Below are positions 42,789 to 50,800 of a stretch of 64,000 bases of DNA, in pieces. Source of the stretch: Solirubrobacterales bacterium (GTDB lineage: Bacteria; Actinomycetota; Thermoleophilia; Solirubrobacterales; 70-9); the NCBI GenBank assembly GCA_036519395.1, contig DATDLJ010000072.1, positions 4,893 to 68,892 on the forward strand, in the 5' to 3' direction. Position 1 is the stretch's first letter. Each line of letters opens with the position of its first letter. The notes under the pieces were generated by a model. The model did no database searches and was not told the DNA's origin. It saw only the letters and a list, made by a program, of their open reading frames with translations. The translations under genes were made by a program, and so were the position numbers.

Positions 42789-43520
42789 ATGCACATGTCT
42801 AGTATGCCGCGGATGCTTTCCACCCCCAGTCGCAAGCTGGTGGTTGCCGTGCTCGCAGCGCTTGCCCTCCTGGCGGCGCCGACCGCAGCCGCTCCTGCCG
42901 GCAAGATCGTCATCTACGGCGCCCACTCGGGCTCGACGCTGACCCTGACCACCAAGAACGACAGGATCGTCGTCAAAGGCAAGATGGCTCGCCATCATCC
43001 GCCTGGCTGTCGGTTCACCCGCGGCCACCGGGTCGCCGTCTGTTCGACCCGCAACGCTTCCTCGATCGAGCTCCAGATGGGGCCCTCGGGCGATTTTGTC
43101 CGGGTGGCCGATCGTCTCCCGGTTCCACTGACGATCTACTTGGGCAACGGTTCCGACAAGTTCATCGGCAACGGCGAGCGCGACACCTGCTTCCCCGGCG
43201 GCGCCCGCCGCAACCGCTGCATCGGCGGCGGTAATAACGACACCTGCATCACTGGCCCCCGCAACAGCGACTGCGTCGGTGGCCCTGGCAACGACTACTG
43301 CCGCCACGGCACCGGCAGCGACGGCTGCTGGGGCGGTGAGGGTGACGACATCTGCGTCATGGGTCCTGGCCAGGACGGCTGCCACGGCGGACCGGGCAAC
43401 GATCGCCTCTACGGCGGCCCCCAGCCCGACCAGCTCTACGGCGGCCCCGGCCGCGACTACTGCAATGGCGGCCCCGGCTGGGGTAAGTCGCACACCTGCG
43501 ACACCGGACCCAGGCGTTAG
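42789..43520 (+). CDS. Secreted Cys-rich protein with RTX-like GGxGxD nonapeptide repeats
   Basis: Signal peptide ...VVAVLAALALLAAPTAAAPA. C-terminal GGPGNDYCRHGTGSDGCWGGEGDDICVMGPGQDGCHGGPGNDRLYGGPQPDQLYGGPGRDYCNGG. Confidence 0.7.
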   Translation: MHMSSMPRMLSTPSRKLVVAVLAALALLAAPTAAAPAGKIVIYGAHSGSTLTLTTKNDRIVVKGKMARHHPPGCRFTRGHRVAVCSTRNASSIELQMGPSGDFVRVADRLPVPLTIYLGNGSDKFIGNGERDTCFPGGARRNRCIGGGNNDTCITGPRNSDCVGGPGNDYCRHGTGSDGCWGGEGDDICVMGPGQDGCHGGPGNDRLYGGPQPDQLYGGPGRDYCNGGPGWGKSHTCDTGPRR

Positions 43521-43535
43521 CTCTAGATTGCAGCG

Positions 43536-43694
43536 GTGCCGTTAGGCGCCAAATTCAACGCCTTCAGCCAGCTGCTGGAAGACGGCTGGCCGGTGATCAT
43601 CACCTTCATGGCGATCATTGTGGTCGCCCTGTTGATCGTTTACTGGCCGCGGGTTGCGGCGCGGATCGAGCGACGCTGGTTCCGTAGGCGCTAG
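43536..43694 (+). CDS. Possible small membrane protein (52 aa)
   Basis: Own translation: VPLGAKFNAFSQLLEDGWPVIITFMAIIVVALLIVYWPRVAARIERRWFRRR. One strong TM followed by a basic tail. Below the ORF-track cutoff. Start uncertain. Confidence 0.35.
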   Translation: MPLGAKFNAFSQLLEDGWPVIITFMAIIVVALLIVYWPRVAARIERRWFRRR

Positions 43695-44206
43695 TTGCTC
43701 TCGCCCGCAGGGGAGAGCTGGAGGATCGGGATCGTGCGATTGGTGTTGGCCGCACGCTCGCGGTAGGAGGCGAAGGGAGGAAAGACGCGGTCGGCCAGCG
43801 CCCAGATCCTCGCCCGCTCTGCCTCGTCTTCGATTACCTCAACGCGGTACGGCTCACCGTTCAGCTTCACCTCGCGGTTGGCGCGGGCGTTGTAGAACCA
43901 GGACGGGTTCTCGGGTGCACCCGCCTTGGAGGCGATCAGCGTCACCTTGTCGCCGTCGTGGAAGTAGATGACCCCGTTGCGCCGCGTCTCCCCCGACCGC
44001 GCCCCGCGCGTCTCGAGCAGGGCGGTTGGTATGACCAGGCCGGTTCCGATCCGGCCGCCGGTCAGCCGCAGGAGGATCGGATCGACCTTCCAGCCAACAT
44101 GTCGCGAGAGCCAGAAACCCAGGCGGGAGGCCACGAGTTGGGCCCAGGCTCGATAGAGATAGCCGCGAGGACGCTGCGGGTCCACGTGGCGGAGCTTGCG
44201 GGTCAT
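43691..44206 (-). CDS. Deazaflavin (F420)-dependent nitroreductase family (DDN-like) oxidoreductase, second paralog
   Basis: MTRKLRHVDP...LETRGARSGETRRNGVIYFHDGDKVTLIASKAGAPENPSWFYNARANRE...ERARIWA... ATG at 44206. Confidence 0.8.
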   Translation of the reverse strand: MTRKLRHVDPQRPRGYLYRAWAQLVASRLGFWLSRHVGWKVDPILLRLTGGRIGTGLVIPTALLETRGARSGETRRNGVIYFHDGDKVTLIASKAGAPENPSWFYNARANREVKLNGEPYRVEVIEDEAERARIWALADRVFPPFASYRERAANTNRTIPILQLSPAGESN

Positions 44207-44222
44207 GACCGTTGACTTCCCG

Positions 44223-45335
44223 CTAGTCCCGGCTGTCTTGGTCGGGTGCCGATCCTGCGCTTGGAGCGGTCGGTGGCTCAGGGTCCGAAGGCGTTCCGTC
44301 TCGCGCCGCATCTTGAAAATCCAGGGCTGAGCGGATCAGCCCTTCGACGTAGAGTTTCAGTGCCTCTCGCGCTTCGGCTTCGGGATCCGTGACATCGGTC
44401 TTCGAGAAAGGCCCTACTCGATCAAACTGCGCCCCGACCTCATGCAGGAGTCCGAACGGGTGATCCCGAACCAGGCGTTCGCGGTTGAAGGCATAACGGA
44501 GGTTGCGGGCCACCACGTTTCCAGCCCCAGTCGCCGCTGCCGCGGGGGCAATCGGGTCGCCGAGGGCGACAGCGCTGGCACCGATCAACGCGTTCCAGAA
44601 GAAATGGACACGATTTTCTTTGAGTGCGGCCTCGAGATCGGCCAGAGCTGGTTCAACGCGATTCACCATTACTGCGCGGGCTTCTTCTGCTGCCGCCGAA
44701 GGAGAATCGGCTTCTATCGATTTGGCCAAATCGATCAGGGCGCTGCGAAACCGCCCCATAAGGGCACGGTTCTTGTCTCGAAAGGCGAGTACGTCTTCGA
44801 CGCGGCACTCGCCGCTGACACGGACGCCTTGAGCAGCGACTTGAATCAGCATTCCCTCTGCAGGGGCGGCACTTTGATCGGCGGCGGGGAGGGTTGCGGC
44901 GCTGGCGGCAATCGGGTCCAGGGCCACCGGGGCCACGCCTCGCTCGACCGCGAGGAGCAAAGAATCTCTTGCGCTGTTCCTCAGGTCCTCCAGTGCGGCA
45001 TCAACAGCGGTTTCAGCCAGCTTTGATGGAAGGTCTGGATCTGGGTAGGCGATTGAGTCTGGACGGGCGATTGACTTCCACGGCAAGGCCATCCACATTT
45101 CCATTGCCTCGGTCGACGATTTCGGCAATTCCGCGGCAGGAGTGCGCGGTTTGAGTCGGATCAGGCCCTCGGATACCAGTTCCCGCCAGATTTCCGCTTC
45201 GACGGAATCGTCGTCGGTATATCGATCAGACGATCTAACGTCGAGGCCGTCCCAAACGAGCAGCATTGATAGGAGCTGCTCGGATTTGGGCCATTTCATC
45301 CCAGGCAGGACGAGTGCTCTGGCAAGCTCAGCCAC
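44223..45335 (-). CDS. Hypothetical protein of atypical composition (N-terminus reminiscent of DUF6236-type proteins)
   Basis: 370-aa ORF. Visibly lower GC than its neighbours and rich in codons rare elsewhere in the window (AGA, TCA, CTA, TTG, AAA, GAT). MAELARALVLPGMKWPKSEQLLSMLLVWDGLDV... Confidence 0.6.
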   Translation of the reverse strand: MAELARALVLPGMKWPKSEQLLSMLLVWDGLDVRSSDRYTDDDSVEAEIWRELVSEGLIRLKPRTPAAELPKSSTEAMEMWMALPWKSIARPDSIAYPDPDLPSKLAETAVDAALEDLRNSARDSLLLAVERGVAPVALDPIAASAATLPAADQSAAPAEGMLIQVAAQGVRVSGECRVEDVLAFRDKNRALMGRFRSALIDLAKSIEADSPSAAAEEARAVMVNRVEPALADLEAALKENRVHFFWNALIGASAVALGDPIAPAAAATGAGNVVARNLRYAFNRERLVRDHPFGLLHEVGAQFDRVGPFSKTDVTDPEAEAREALKLYVEGLIRSALDFQDAARDGTPSDPEPPTAPSAGSAPDQDSRD

Positions 45336-45404
45336 TGGGGTTCCCTTCAGGAATTGCCTGGTCCACGTCGTGAGAATAGTGGTGCGAGGGTTGGCTCCCC
45401 AGGT

Positions 45405-46583
45405 CTACAACCCCATCGTTTTGCCGATGATCTCTTTCATGATCTCGTCGGTGCCGCCGCCGATTGGGCCTAGGCGGGCGTCGCGGACGGCTCGCTCGAT
45501 GCCGTACTCGCGCATGTAGCCATAGCCGCCGTGGATCTGGAGGGCCTGGTCGGCGATCTCCAGGACGGCGCGCTGGGTGACCAGCTTCGCCATCGAGACC
45601 TCCTGGATGCAGTCCTGATCGCTGTGGAAGAGGCGAAGGGAGTTGTAGGTGAGGGCGCGGCTGGCCTCGGCTTGGGTCGCCATCTCGGCGACTTGGTGGC
45701 GAATCGCCTGGAATTTGCCGATCGGGCGGCCGAAGGCTTCGCGCTCGAGGGCGTAGGCGACGCTGACCTCGATCAAGCGCTGCATCGCGCCGACGGCGCC
45801 GATCGCCATCAGCAGTCGCTCCCAGGCGAAGTTGGCCATGATCAGTTTGAAGCCGCCGTTTTCCTCTCCAAGCAGGTTCTCGGCTGGCACCTCAACGTCG
45901 GTGAAAGAGATTTCGCCGGTGTCGGATGAGTGCCACCCCAGCTTCTCCAGCTTGCGGCTGACCTCGTAGCCGGGCATCTCGCGCTCGAGGACGAGGAAGG
46001 AGATGCCGCCGTGGCCGCCCTCCTCATTGGTCTTGCAGGCGCAGACGAGGAAGTCGGCGCGGACGCCGTTGGTGATGAAGGTCTTGGCGCCGTTGACGAT
46101 GTAGGTGTCGCCGTTGCGTACGGCGGTGGTCGTGAGCGAGGCGACGTCGGAGCCGGCGCCCGGCTCGGTGATCCCGAGGGCGCCGATCTTCTCGCCGGCG
46201 ATTCCAGGCACCAGCCAGCGCTGCTTCTGCTCCTCGGTGCCGAAGTTGAAGATCGGTGGCATCGCGATCGAGGCGTGGGCGTTGAGGCCAGCGGCGACGC
46301 CGCCGGAGCCGCCGGAGCGGGCCAGCTCCTCGACCCAGACCGCGTCGTGGAGGTGGGTGCCGCCCTGGCCGCCCAGCTCCTCGGGAAACTTGAGGCCGAG
46401 GAAGCCGAGCTCGGCGCAGCGGGAGTAGAGCTCACGGGGGAATTCCCGCGCCGCCTCCCATTCGTCGACGTGCGGTGCGATCTCCTTGGCGACGAAGCGG
46501 GAGACGGTTTCCCGCAGCTCCTCGTGCTCGTCGCCGAAGGGGGGGAGGGTGGCGCGGGCGCCGCTGTCCTTGACGACGGTCAC
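45405..46583 (-). CDS. Acyl-CoA dehydrogenase
   Basis: VTVVKDSGARATLPPFGDEHEELRETVSRFVAKEIAPHVDEWE...ALGITEPGAGSD...GGYGYMREYGIERAVRDARLGPIGGGTDEI. GTG at 46583 (GTGA overlap with the NTF2-like stop). Confidence 0.9.
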   Translation of the reverse strand: MTVVKDSGARATLPPFGDEHEELRETVSRFVAKEIAPHVDEWEAAREFPRELYSRCAELGFLGLKFPEELGGQGGTHLHDAVWVEELARSGGSGGVAAGLNAHASIAMPPIFNFGTEEQKQRWLVPGIAGEKIGALGITEPGAGSDVASLTTTAVRNGDTYIVNGAKTFITNGVRADFLVCACKTNEEGGHGGISFLVLEREMPGYEVSRKLEKLGWHSSDTGEISFTDVEVPAENLLGEENGGFKLIMANFAWERLLMAIGAVGAMQRLIEVSVAYALEREAFGRPIGKFQAIRHQVAEMATQAEASRALTYNSLRLFHSDQDCIQEVSMAKLVTQRAVLEIADQALQIHGGYGYMREYGIERAVRDARLGPIGGGTDEIMKEIIGKTMGL

Positions 46584-47029
46584 GAAGCACTCTCCTTGCT
46601 CGCCGGCGCTTCCCAGTCGGCGAGCATCCGGTAGCCGCGGCCCTCGTGGTCGAAGCCGAGTAGGTCGCCCTGAGGATTCTTCTTGCCGCCGTGGTGGTAG
46701 GCGCGCACCTCGGCGATCTTGCCGTCGCGGAAGCGGAACCACTCGGTGCCCCGGTCGAGCCGCTGCTCGCCGCTCTTTGGGTCGCGCCAGGTCATCGTCC
46801 ACTCGATCGCGACTTCGTCGTCGGCCACGATCAGGTTCTCGATGTACCACTGGGCGTCGATCGTTGAGACGCCGAGGGCGGCGAGGTCGCCAATGGCCTT
46901 CGATCCCTCATGCGGGCCGAGGCGCGTGTAGTAGTGGGTCGCGTCGTCGGTGAAATGCGATGAGACCGCCGCGGCGTCGCCGGTGTTCAGCGCCTCGTAG
47001 TACGAGCGGACGTGGTCAGCGTGCGACAC
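46580..47029 (-). CDS. NTF2/SnoaL-like fold protein
   Basis: MSHADHVRSYYEALNTGDAAAVSSHFTDDATHYY...EWFRFRDGKIAEVRAYHH. GTG start with GGAGG upstream. Confidence 0.75.
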   Translation of the reverse strand: MSHADHVRSYYEALNTGDAAAVSSHFTDDATHYYTRLGPHEGSKAIGDLAALGVSTIDAQWYIENLIVADDEVAIEWTMTWRDPKSGEQRLDRGTEWFRFRDGKIAEVRAYHHGGKKNPQGDLLGFDHEGRGYRMLADWEAPASKESAS

Positions 47030-47059
47030 CGCGGATGCCTCCTGGGTCGGAGCTGCGGC

Positions 47060-48274
47060 CTACAGCCCGTAGCTCCGCCCGATCACGTCGAGCATCACCT
47101 CGTCGGTGCCGGCGCCGATCCGGTTGAGGCGAACGTCGCGGTAGGCGCGCTCGATCTCGTACTCCTTCATGTAGCCATAGCCGCCGAGGATCTGGATGCA
47201 GTCGTCGGCGACCTCGCAGGCGATCCGCGAGGAGAAGAGCTTCGCCATCGTGATCTCCCGCACCGGGTACTCGCCGTTGCCGAAGCGCCAGGCGGTCGCG
47301 TAGGTGAACTGCTTCGCCGCCTCGGTCTTGGTCGCCATCTCAGCGAACTTGTGGCGGATCGCCTGGAACTTGCCGATCGAGCGCCCGAAGGCTTCGCGCT
47401 CCTTCGCGTACTCAAGGGTCTTCTCGATCATTCGTTCACAGCCAGCGTGGGACCCAGCGGCGGCGACCAAGCGCTCGCCCTGGAGCTCCCAGGCGATGTG
47501 GTAGAAGCCCTTGCCGACCTCGCCGAGCACGGCATCGGCCGGGACGCGGACGTCTTCAAAGGCGAGTTCGCCGGTGTCTGAGGCGTGCATCCCCATCTTC
47601 TCCAGCTCGGCGGAGACGGTGAAACCGGGGACCTTCTCGCCGTTCTCATCGCGCAGGTCGACGACGAAGAGGGTGATGCCGGCGTGGCGCTCCTCCGGGT
47701 CGGTCTTGCAGACGAGGACGATGAAGTCCGCCCGCGGACCGTTGGTGATGAAGGTCTTGGAGCCGTTAATGACGTATTCGTCGCCATCGCGGATCGCGGT
47801 AGTGCGGATGCCGGCGACGTCGGAGCCGGCGCCCGGCTCAGTGATCCCGAGGGCGCCAACCTTTTCGCCCTTGAGGCCCGGTTCGAGGTACTTCTTCTTC
47901 TGCTCCTCGGTGCCGAGCAGGTGGATCGGGGGGAGGACCATGTCGGTCTGGACCGCGAAGCCCATATTGGTGCCGCCGGAGCCGGAGTAGCTCATGCACT
48001 CGGCGCGAACCAGGGAGTAGAAGTAGTCGCCGCCCTGGCCGCCGTACTCCTCCGGGAAGCAGAGGCCGAGGAAGCCGAGCTCGCCCGCCCGCTTCATCTT
48101 CTCGGTCGGCCAGTAGGTGTCCTCCCATTCGTTGCGGTGAGGCCACATCTCCTTTTTCACCCACGACTCCATCGACTCACGCAGGTCTTCGTGCTCCTGG
48201 CTGAAGATGAAGTGCTTGCGCCCAGCTGCGTGGTCAGGCTTGATGACGCTGGAGCCGTTGGTTGCGGTCGCCAC
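47060..48274 (-). CDS. Acyl-CoA dehydrogenase
   Basis: ...ALGITEPGAGSDVAGIRTTA...GGYGYMKEYEIERAYRDVRLNRIGAGTDEV. GTG start with AGGAGAG upstream. Confidence 0.92.
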   Translation of the reverse strand: MATATNGSSVIKPDHAAGRKHFIFSQEHEDLRESMESWVKKEMWPHRNEWEDTYWPTEKMKRAGELGFLGLCFPEEYGGQGGDYFYSLVRAECMSYSGSGGTNMGFAVQTDMVLPPIHLLGTEEQKKKYLEPGLKGEKVGALGITEPGAGSDVAGIRTTAIRDGDEYVINGSKTFITNGPRADFIVLVCKTDPEERHAGITLFVVDLRDENGEKVPGFTVSAELEKMGMHASDTGELAFEDVRVPADAVLGEVGKGFYHIAWELQGERLVAAAGSHAGCERMIEKTLEYAKEREAFGRSIGKFQAIRHKFAEMATKTEAAKQFTYATAWRFGNGEYPVREITMAKLFSSRIACEVADDCIQILGGYGYMKEYEIERAYRDVRLNRIGAGTDEVMLDVIGRSYGL

Positions 48275-48298
48275 TGTTCTCTCCTCTGGTCGTTCTCC

Positions 48299-48348
48299 GA
48301 CGTGTCTGAGCTCGACCCACGAATGCGGTGGGAAAACTCAGACACCCC
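48299..48348 (-). promoter_or_regulatory. 50-bp hairpin-forming element, copy B (function unknown)
   Basis: GACGTGTCTGAG-CTCGACCCACGAATGCGGTG-GGAAAACTCAGACAC-CCC. The flanks match copy A (21019..21068) in 27 of 30 positions (the 3 trailing nt differ) and the spacer is also 20 nt. The inner stem is CCCAC/GTGGG. Confidence 0.6.
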
Positions 48349-48407
48349 CTATGCGAAGTGGACAGTAGCACTTCCCACTTCCAGTGGAAACGCTATGGTT
48401 CGCGGGG

Positions 48408-49199
48408 ATGGCCCAGGGAGATTTCGAGAAGGTTGCTTACGAGGTGGCGGACGGCGTCGCCACGGTGACGCTGAACGACCCGGAGAAGCGCAACATGCTC
48501 TCCGGCCAGATGCTGAGCGAGCTGGTTGAGGCGATGAAGCTGGCCAAAGCCTCCGAGGAGGTGCGCGCCGTCGTCCTCACCGGCTCCGGCGACAAGGTCT
48601 TCTGCGCCGGCGCCGACCTCGGCGGCTTCGCGGCCGACGTGCCGCTGGTCGCCAAACACTTCGCCTCCGACCTCTTCCTCGAATTCTTCCGGCTGATGCC
48701 GCGACTGGGTAAGCCCTCGCTCTGCGCCGCCAACGGCCACGTGTTGGCGGGAGGGATGGGACTTGCCCTCTCTTGCGACCTGGTGATAGCCAAACAGGGG
48801 GCGACCTTCGGTACGCCGGAGATCAACGTCGGCGCTTTCCCCTACATGATCATGTCGATCATCTACCGCAACGTCCCGCGCAAGAAGGTCAACGAGATGA
48901 TGTTGCTGGGGGAGCGGCTCTCGGCGGAGCAGGCGGTCGAGTACGGCCTCGCCAACAAGGTGGTTGCGGCGGGCGAGTTCGACGCCACGGTCTCCGAGTG
49001 GGCCACGAAGCTGGCCTCGAAGAGCCCGGTGTTGATGCGGCTCGGCCACGACGCGATGTACCGCCAGCAGGACATGGCGATCGACGACGCGCTCGAGTTC
49101 CTCCGCTCCCAGCTCTCACTCACCTTCACCACCGAGGACATCGTCGAGGGGGTCACCGCCTTCTTCGAGAAACGCGACCCGCAGTGGAAAGGACGTTAG
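48408..49199 (+). CDS. Enoyl-CoA hydratase/isomerase (crotonase) family protein
   Basis: MAQGDFEKVAYEVADGVATVTLNDPEKRNML...FCAGADL...ANGHVLAGGMGLALSCDL... An alternative GTG at 48384 is in frame. Confidence 0.88.
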   Translation: MAQGDFEKVAYEVADGVATVTLNDPEKRNMLSGQMLSELVEAMKLAKASEEVRAVVLTGSGDKVFCAGADLGGFAADVPLVAKHFASDLFLEFFRLMPRLGKPSLCAANGHVLAGGMGLALSCDLVIAKQGATFGTPEINVGAFPYMIMSIIYRNVPRKKVNEMMLLGERLSAEQAVEYGLANKVVAAGEFDATVSEWATKLASKSPVLMRLGHDAMYRQQDMAIDDALEFLRSQLSLTFTTEDIVEGVTAFFEKRDPQWKGR

Positions 49200-50791
49200 T
49201 GGCGACCGAGGAGAAATCCCCGAACCTGCTGCCGGGCGCGGCTCCGCTCGGCGAGCTGACCGAGCAGCTGCACGAGCGCCGCGAGAAGGCGAAGCTCGGC
49301 GGCGGCGAGGAGAAGATCGCCAAGCAGCACGAGCGCGGCAAGCTGACCGCCCGCGAGCGGATCGACCTCCTGGTCGACGAGGGCACCTTCGTCGAGATGG
49401 GGATTCACGGTCGCCCGCACTTCGCCCAGCGGGCGATGGACGGGGTCGAGGCGCCGGCTGACGGCGTCATCACCGGTTGGGGAGACGTCGACGGCCGGCC
49501 CACCTGTATCGCCGCCTACGACTTCACCGTGATGGCCGGCTCGATGGGGATGACCGGCGAGCTCAAGGTCACCCGCCTGCGCGAGATGGCGCTCTCGAAG
49601 CGGATGCCCTTCGTCTGGCTGCTGGACAGCGCCGGCGCCCGCATCCAGGAGGCGACCGGGTCGCTCTTCGCCGGCTCCGGCTTCCTCTTTCGCGAGGAGG
49701 TCGAAATGTCGGGCGTGATCCCGATGGTCGCCGCGATGATGGGCCCCTGCGCCGCCGGTACCGCCTACATCCCGGCCCTCGCCGACTTCGTGCCGATGGT
49801 CTCCGGGCAGGGCGCGATGGCGCTTGCCGGCCCGCACCTGGTCAAAGCCGTGACCGGCGAGGACATCTCGATGGAGGACCTCGGTGGCGCCAAGGTCCAC
49901 TGCCGCAAGTCCGGCGTCGGCGACCTCGAGGTTAAGGACGACGCCGAGTGCATCGAGGCGATCAAGAAGTACCTCTCCTACTTTCCCTCCGACTGCGAGC
50001 AGAAGCCGCCGGTGCTAGAGACCGACGACCTCGACGACCGCATGTCGGAGAAGCTGATGGAGATCGTCCCCGACTCCTCGCGCCAGCCCTACGACATGTA
50101 TGACGTGATCCGCGAGATCGTCGACGACGGCGAGTGGTTCGACCTGAAGCCAAAGTTCGCCAAGACCCTGATCACCTGCTTCGCCCGCTTCGGCGGTCAG
50201 CCGGTCGGGATCGTCGCCAATCAGCCCAAGCAGCTGGCGGGGATCCTCGACAACGACTCGGCCGACAAGGCGGCCCGCTTCATCAACCTCTGCGACGCCT
50301 TCAACATTCCGCTCGTCTTCCTCCAGGACGTCCCCGGCTTCATGGTCGGCTCGAAGGTCGAGCACGGCGGGATCATCCGCCACGGGGCGAAGATGCTCTA
50401 CGCGGTCAGCCGCGCCACGGTGCCGAAGGTGACGGTGGTCGTCCGCAAGGCCTATGGCGCCGGCTACTACGTGATGTGCGGGAAGGCGTACGAGCCCGAC
50501 CTGATCGTCGCCTGGCCCGGGGCCGAGATCTCGGTGATGGGCGCCGAGGGAGCGGTCGAAATCATCGGTCGCTCGGCGATCGAGGCCTCCGACGACCCGG
50601 AGGCGACCCGCGAGACGATGCTGAACGCCGTCCGCCAGCAGATCGATCCCTACATCGCCGGCGGCAACGCGGTGATCGACGACATCATCGATCCGCGGGA
50701 GACGCGGCCGACGATCGTCAAGGCGCTGCGGATGGCGCGCAACAAGCAGGTCGAGAAGCCGAAGAAACGCCACGGCGTAATGCCGGTCTAA
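49199..50791 (+). CDS. Acyl-CoA carboxylase carboxyltransferase (beta) subunit, PccB/AccD/MCC-beta-like
   Basis: ...QHERGKLTARERIDLLVDEGTFVEMG...AYDFTVMAGSMG...IVANQPKQLAGILDNDSADKAARFINLCDAFNIPLVFLQDVPGFMVG... GTG at 49199 overlaps the crotonase stop. The upstream 142 aa of ORF 48773..50791 were trimmed. Confidence 0.9.
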   Translation: MATEEKSPNLLPGAAPLGELTEQLHERREKAKLGGGEEKIAKQHERGKLTARERIDLLVDEGTFVEMGIHGRPHFAQRAMDGVEAPADGVITGWGDVDGRPTCIAAYDFTVMAGSMGMTGELKVTRLREMALSKRMPFVWLLDSAGARIQEATGSLFAGSGFLFREEVEMSGVIPMVAAMMGPCAAGTAYIPALADFVPMVSGQGAMALAGPHLVKAVTGEDISMEDLGGAKVHCRKSGVGDLEVKDDAECIEAIKKYLSYFPSDCEQKPPVLETDDLDDRMSEKLMEIVPDSSRQPYDMYDVIREIVDDGEWFDLKPKFAKTLITCFARFGGQPVGIVANQPKQLAGILDNDSADKAARFINLCDAFNIPLVFLQDVPGFMVGSKVEHGGIIRHGAKMLYAVSRATVPKVTVVVRKAYGAGYYVMCGKAYEPDLIVAWPGAEISVMGAEGAVEIIGRSAIEASDDPEATRETMLNAVRQQIDPYIAGGNAVIDDIIDPRETRPTIVKALRMARNKQVEKPKKRHGVMPV

Positions 50792-50800
50792 GGAGGCACG

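Noticed and set aside
47574-47582. A third occurrence of the 9-mer GTGTCTGAG, inside the ACAD coding region.
   Set aside because: There is no partner arm (CTCAGACAC) nearby and no GGAAAA block. A single 9-mer match in about 128 kb of two-strand sequence is expected by chance.
48773-49198. Long N-terminal extensions in the ORF track, for example 48773-49198 on the carboxyltransferase. Others are 26229-26405 on yaaA, 4539-4886 on surE, 4895-5206 on truA, 34356-34841 on the carrier protein and 22747-22884 on the sigma factor.
   Set aside because: The extensions overlap well-supported neighbouring genes and look non-coding (Arg/Pro-rich). Internal ATG or GTG starts give proteins of canonical length, often with a Shine-Dalgarno sequence or stop/start coupling.
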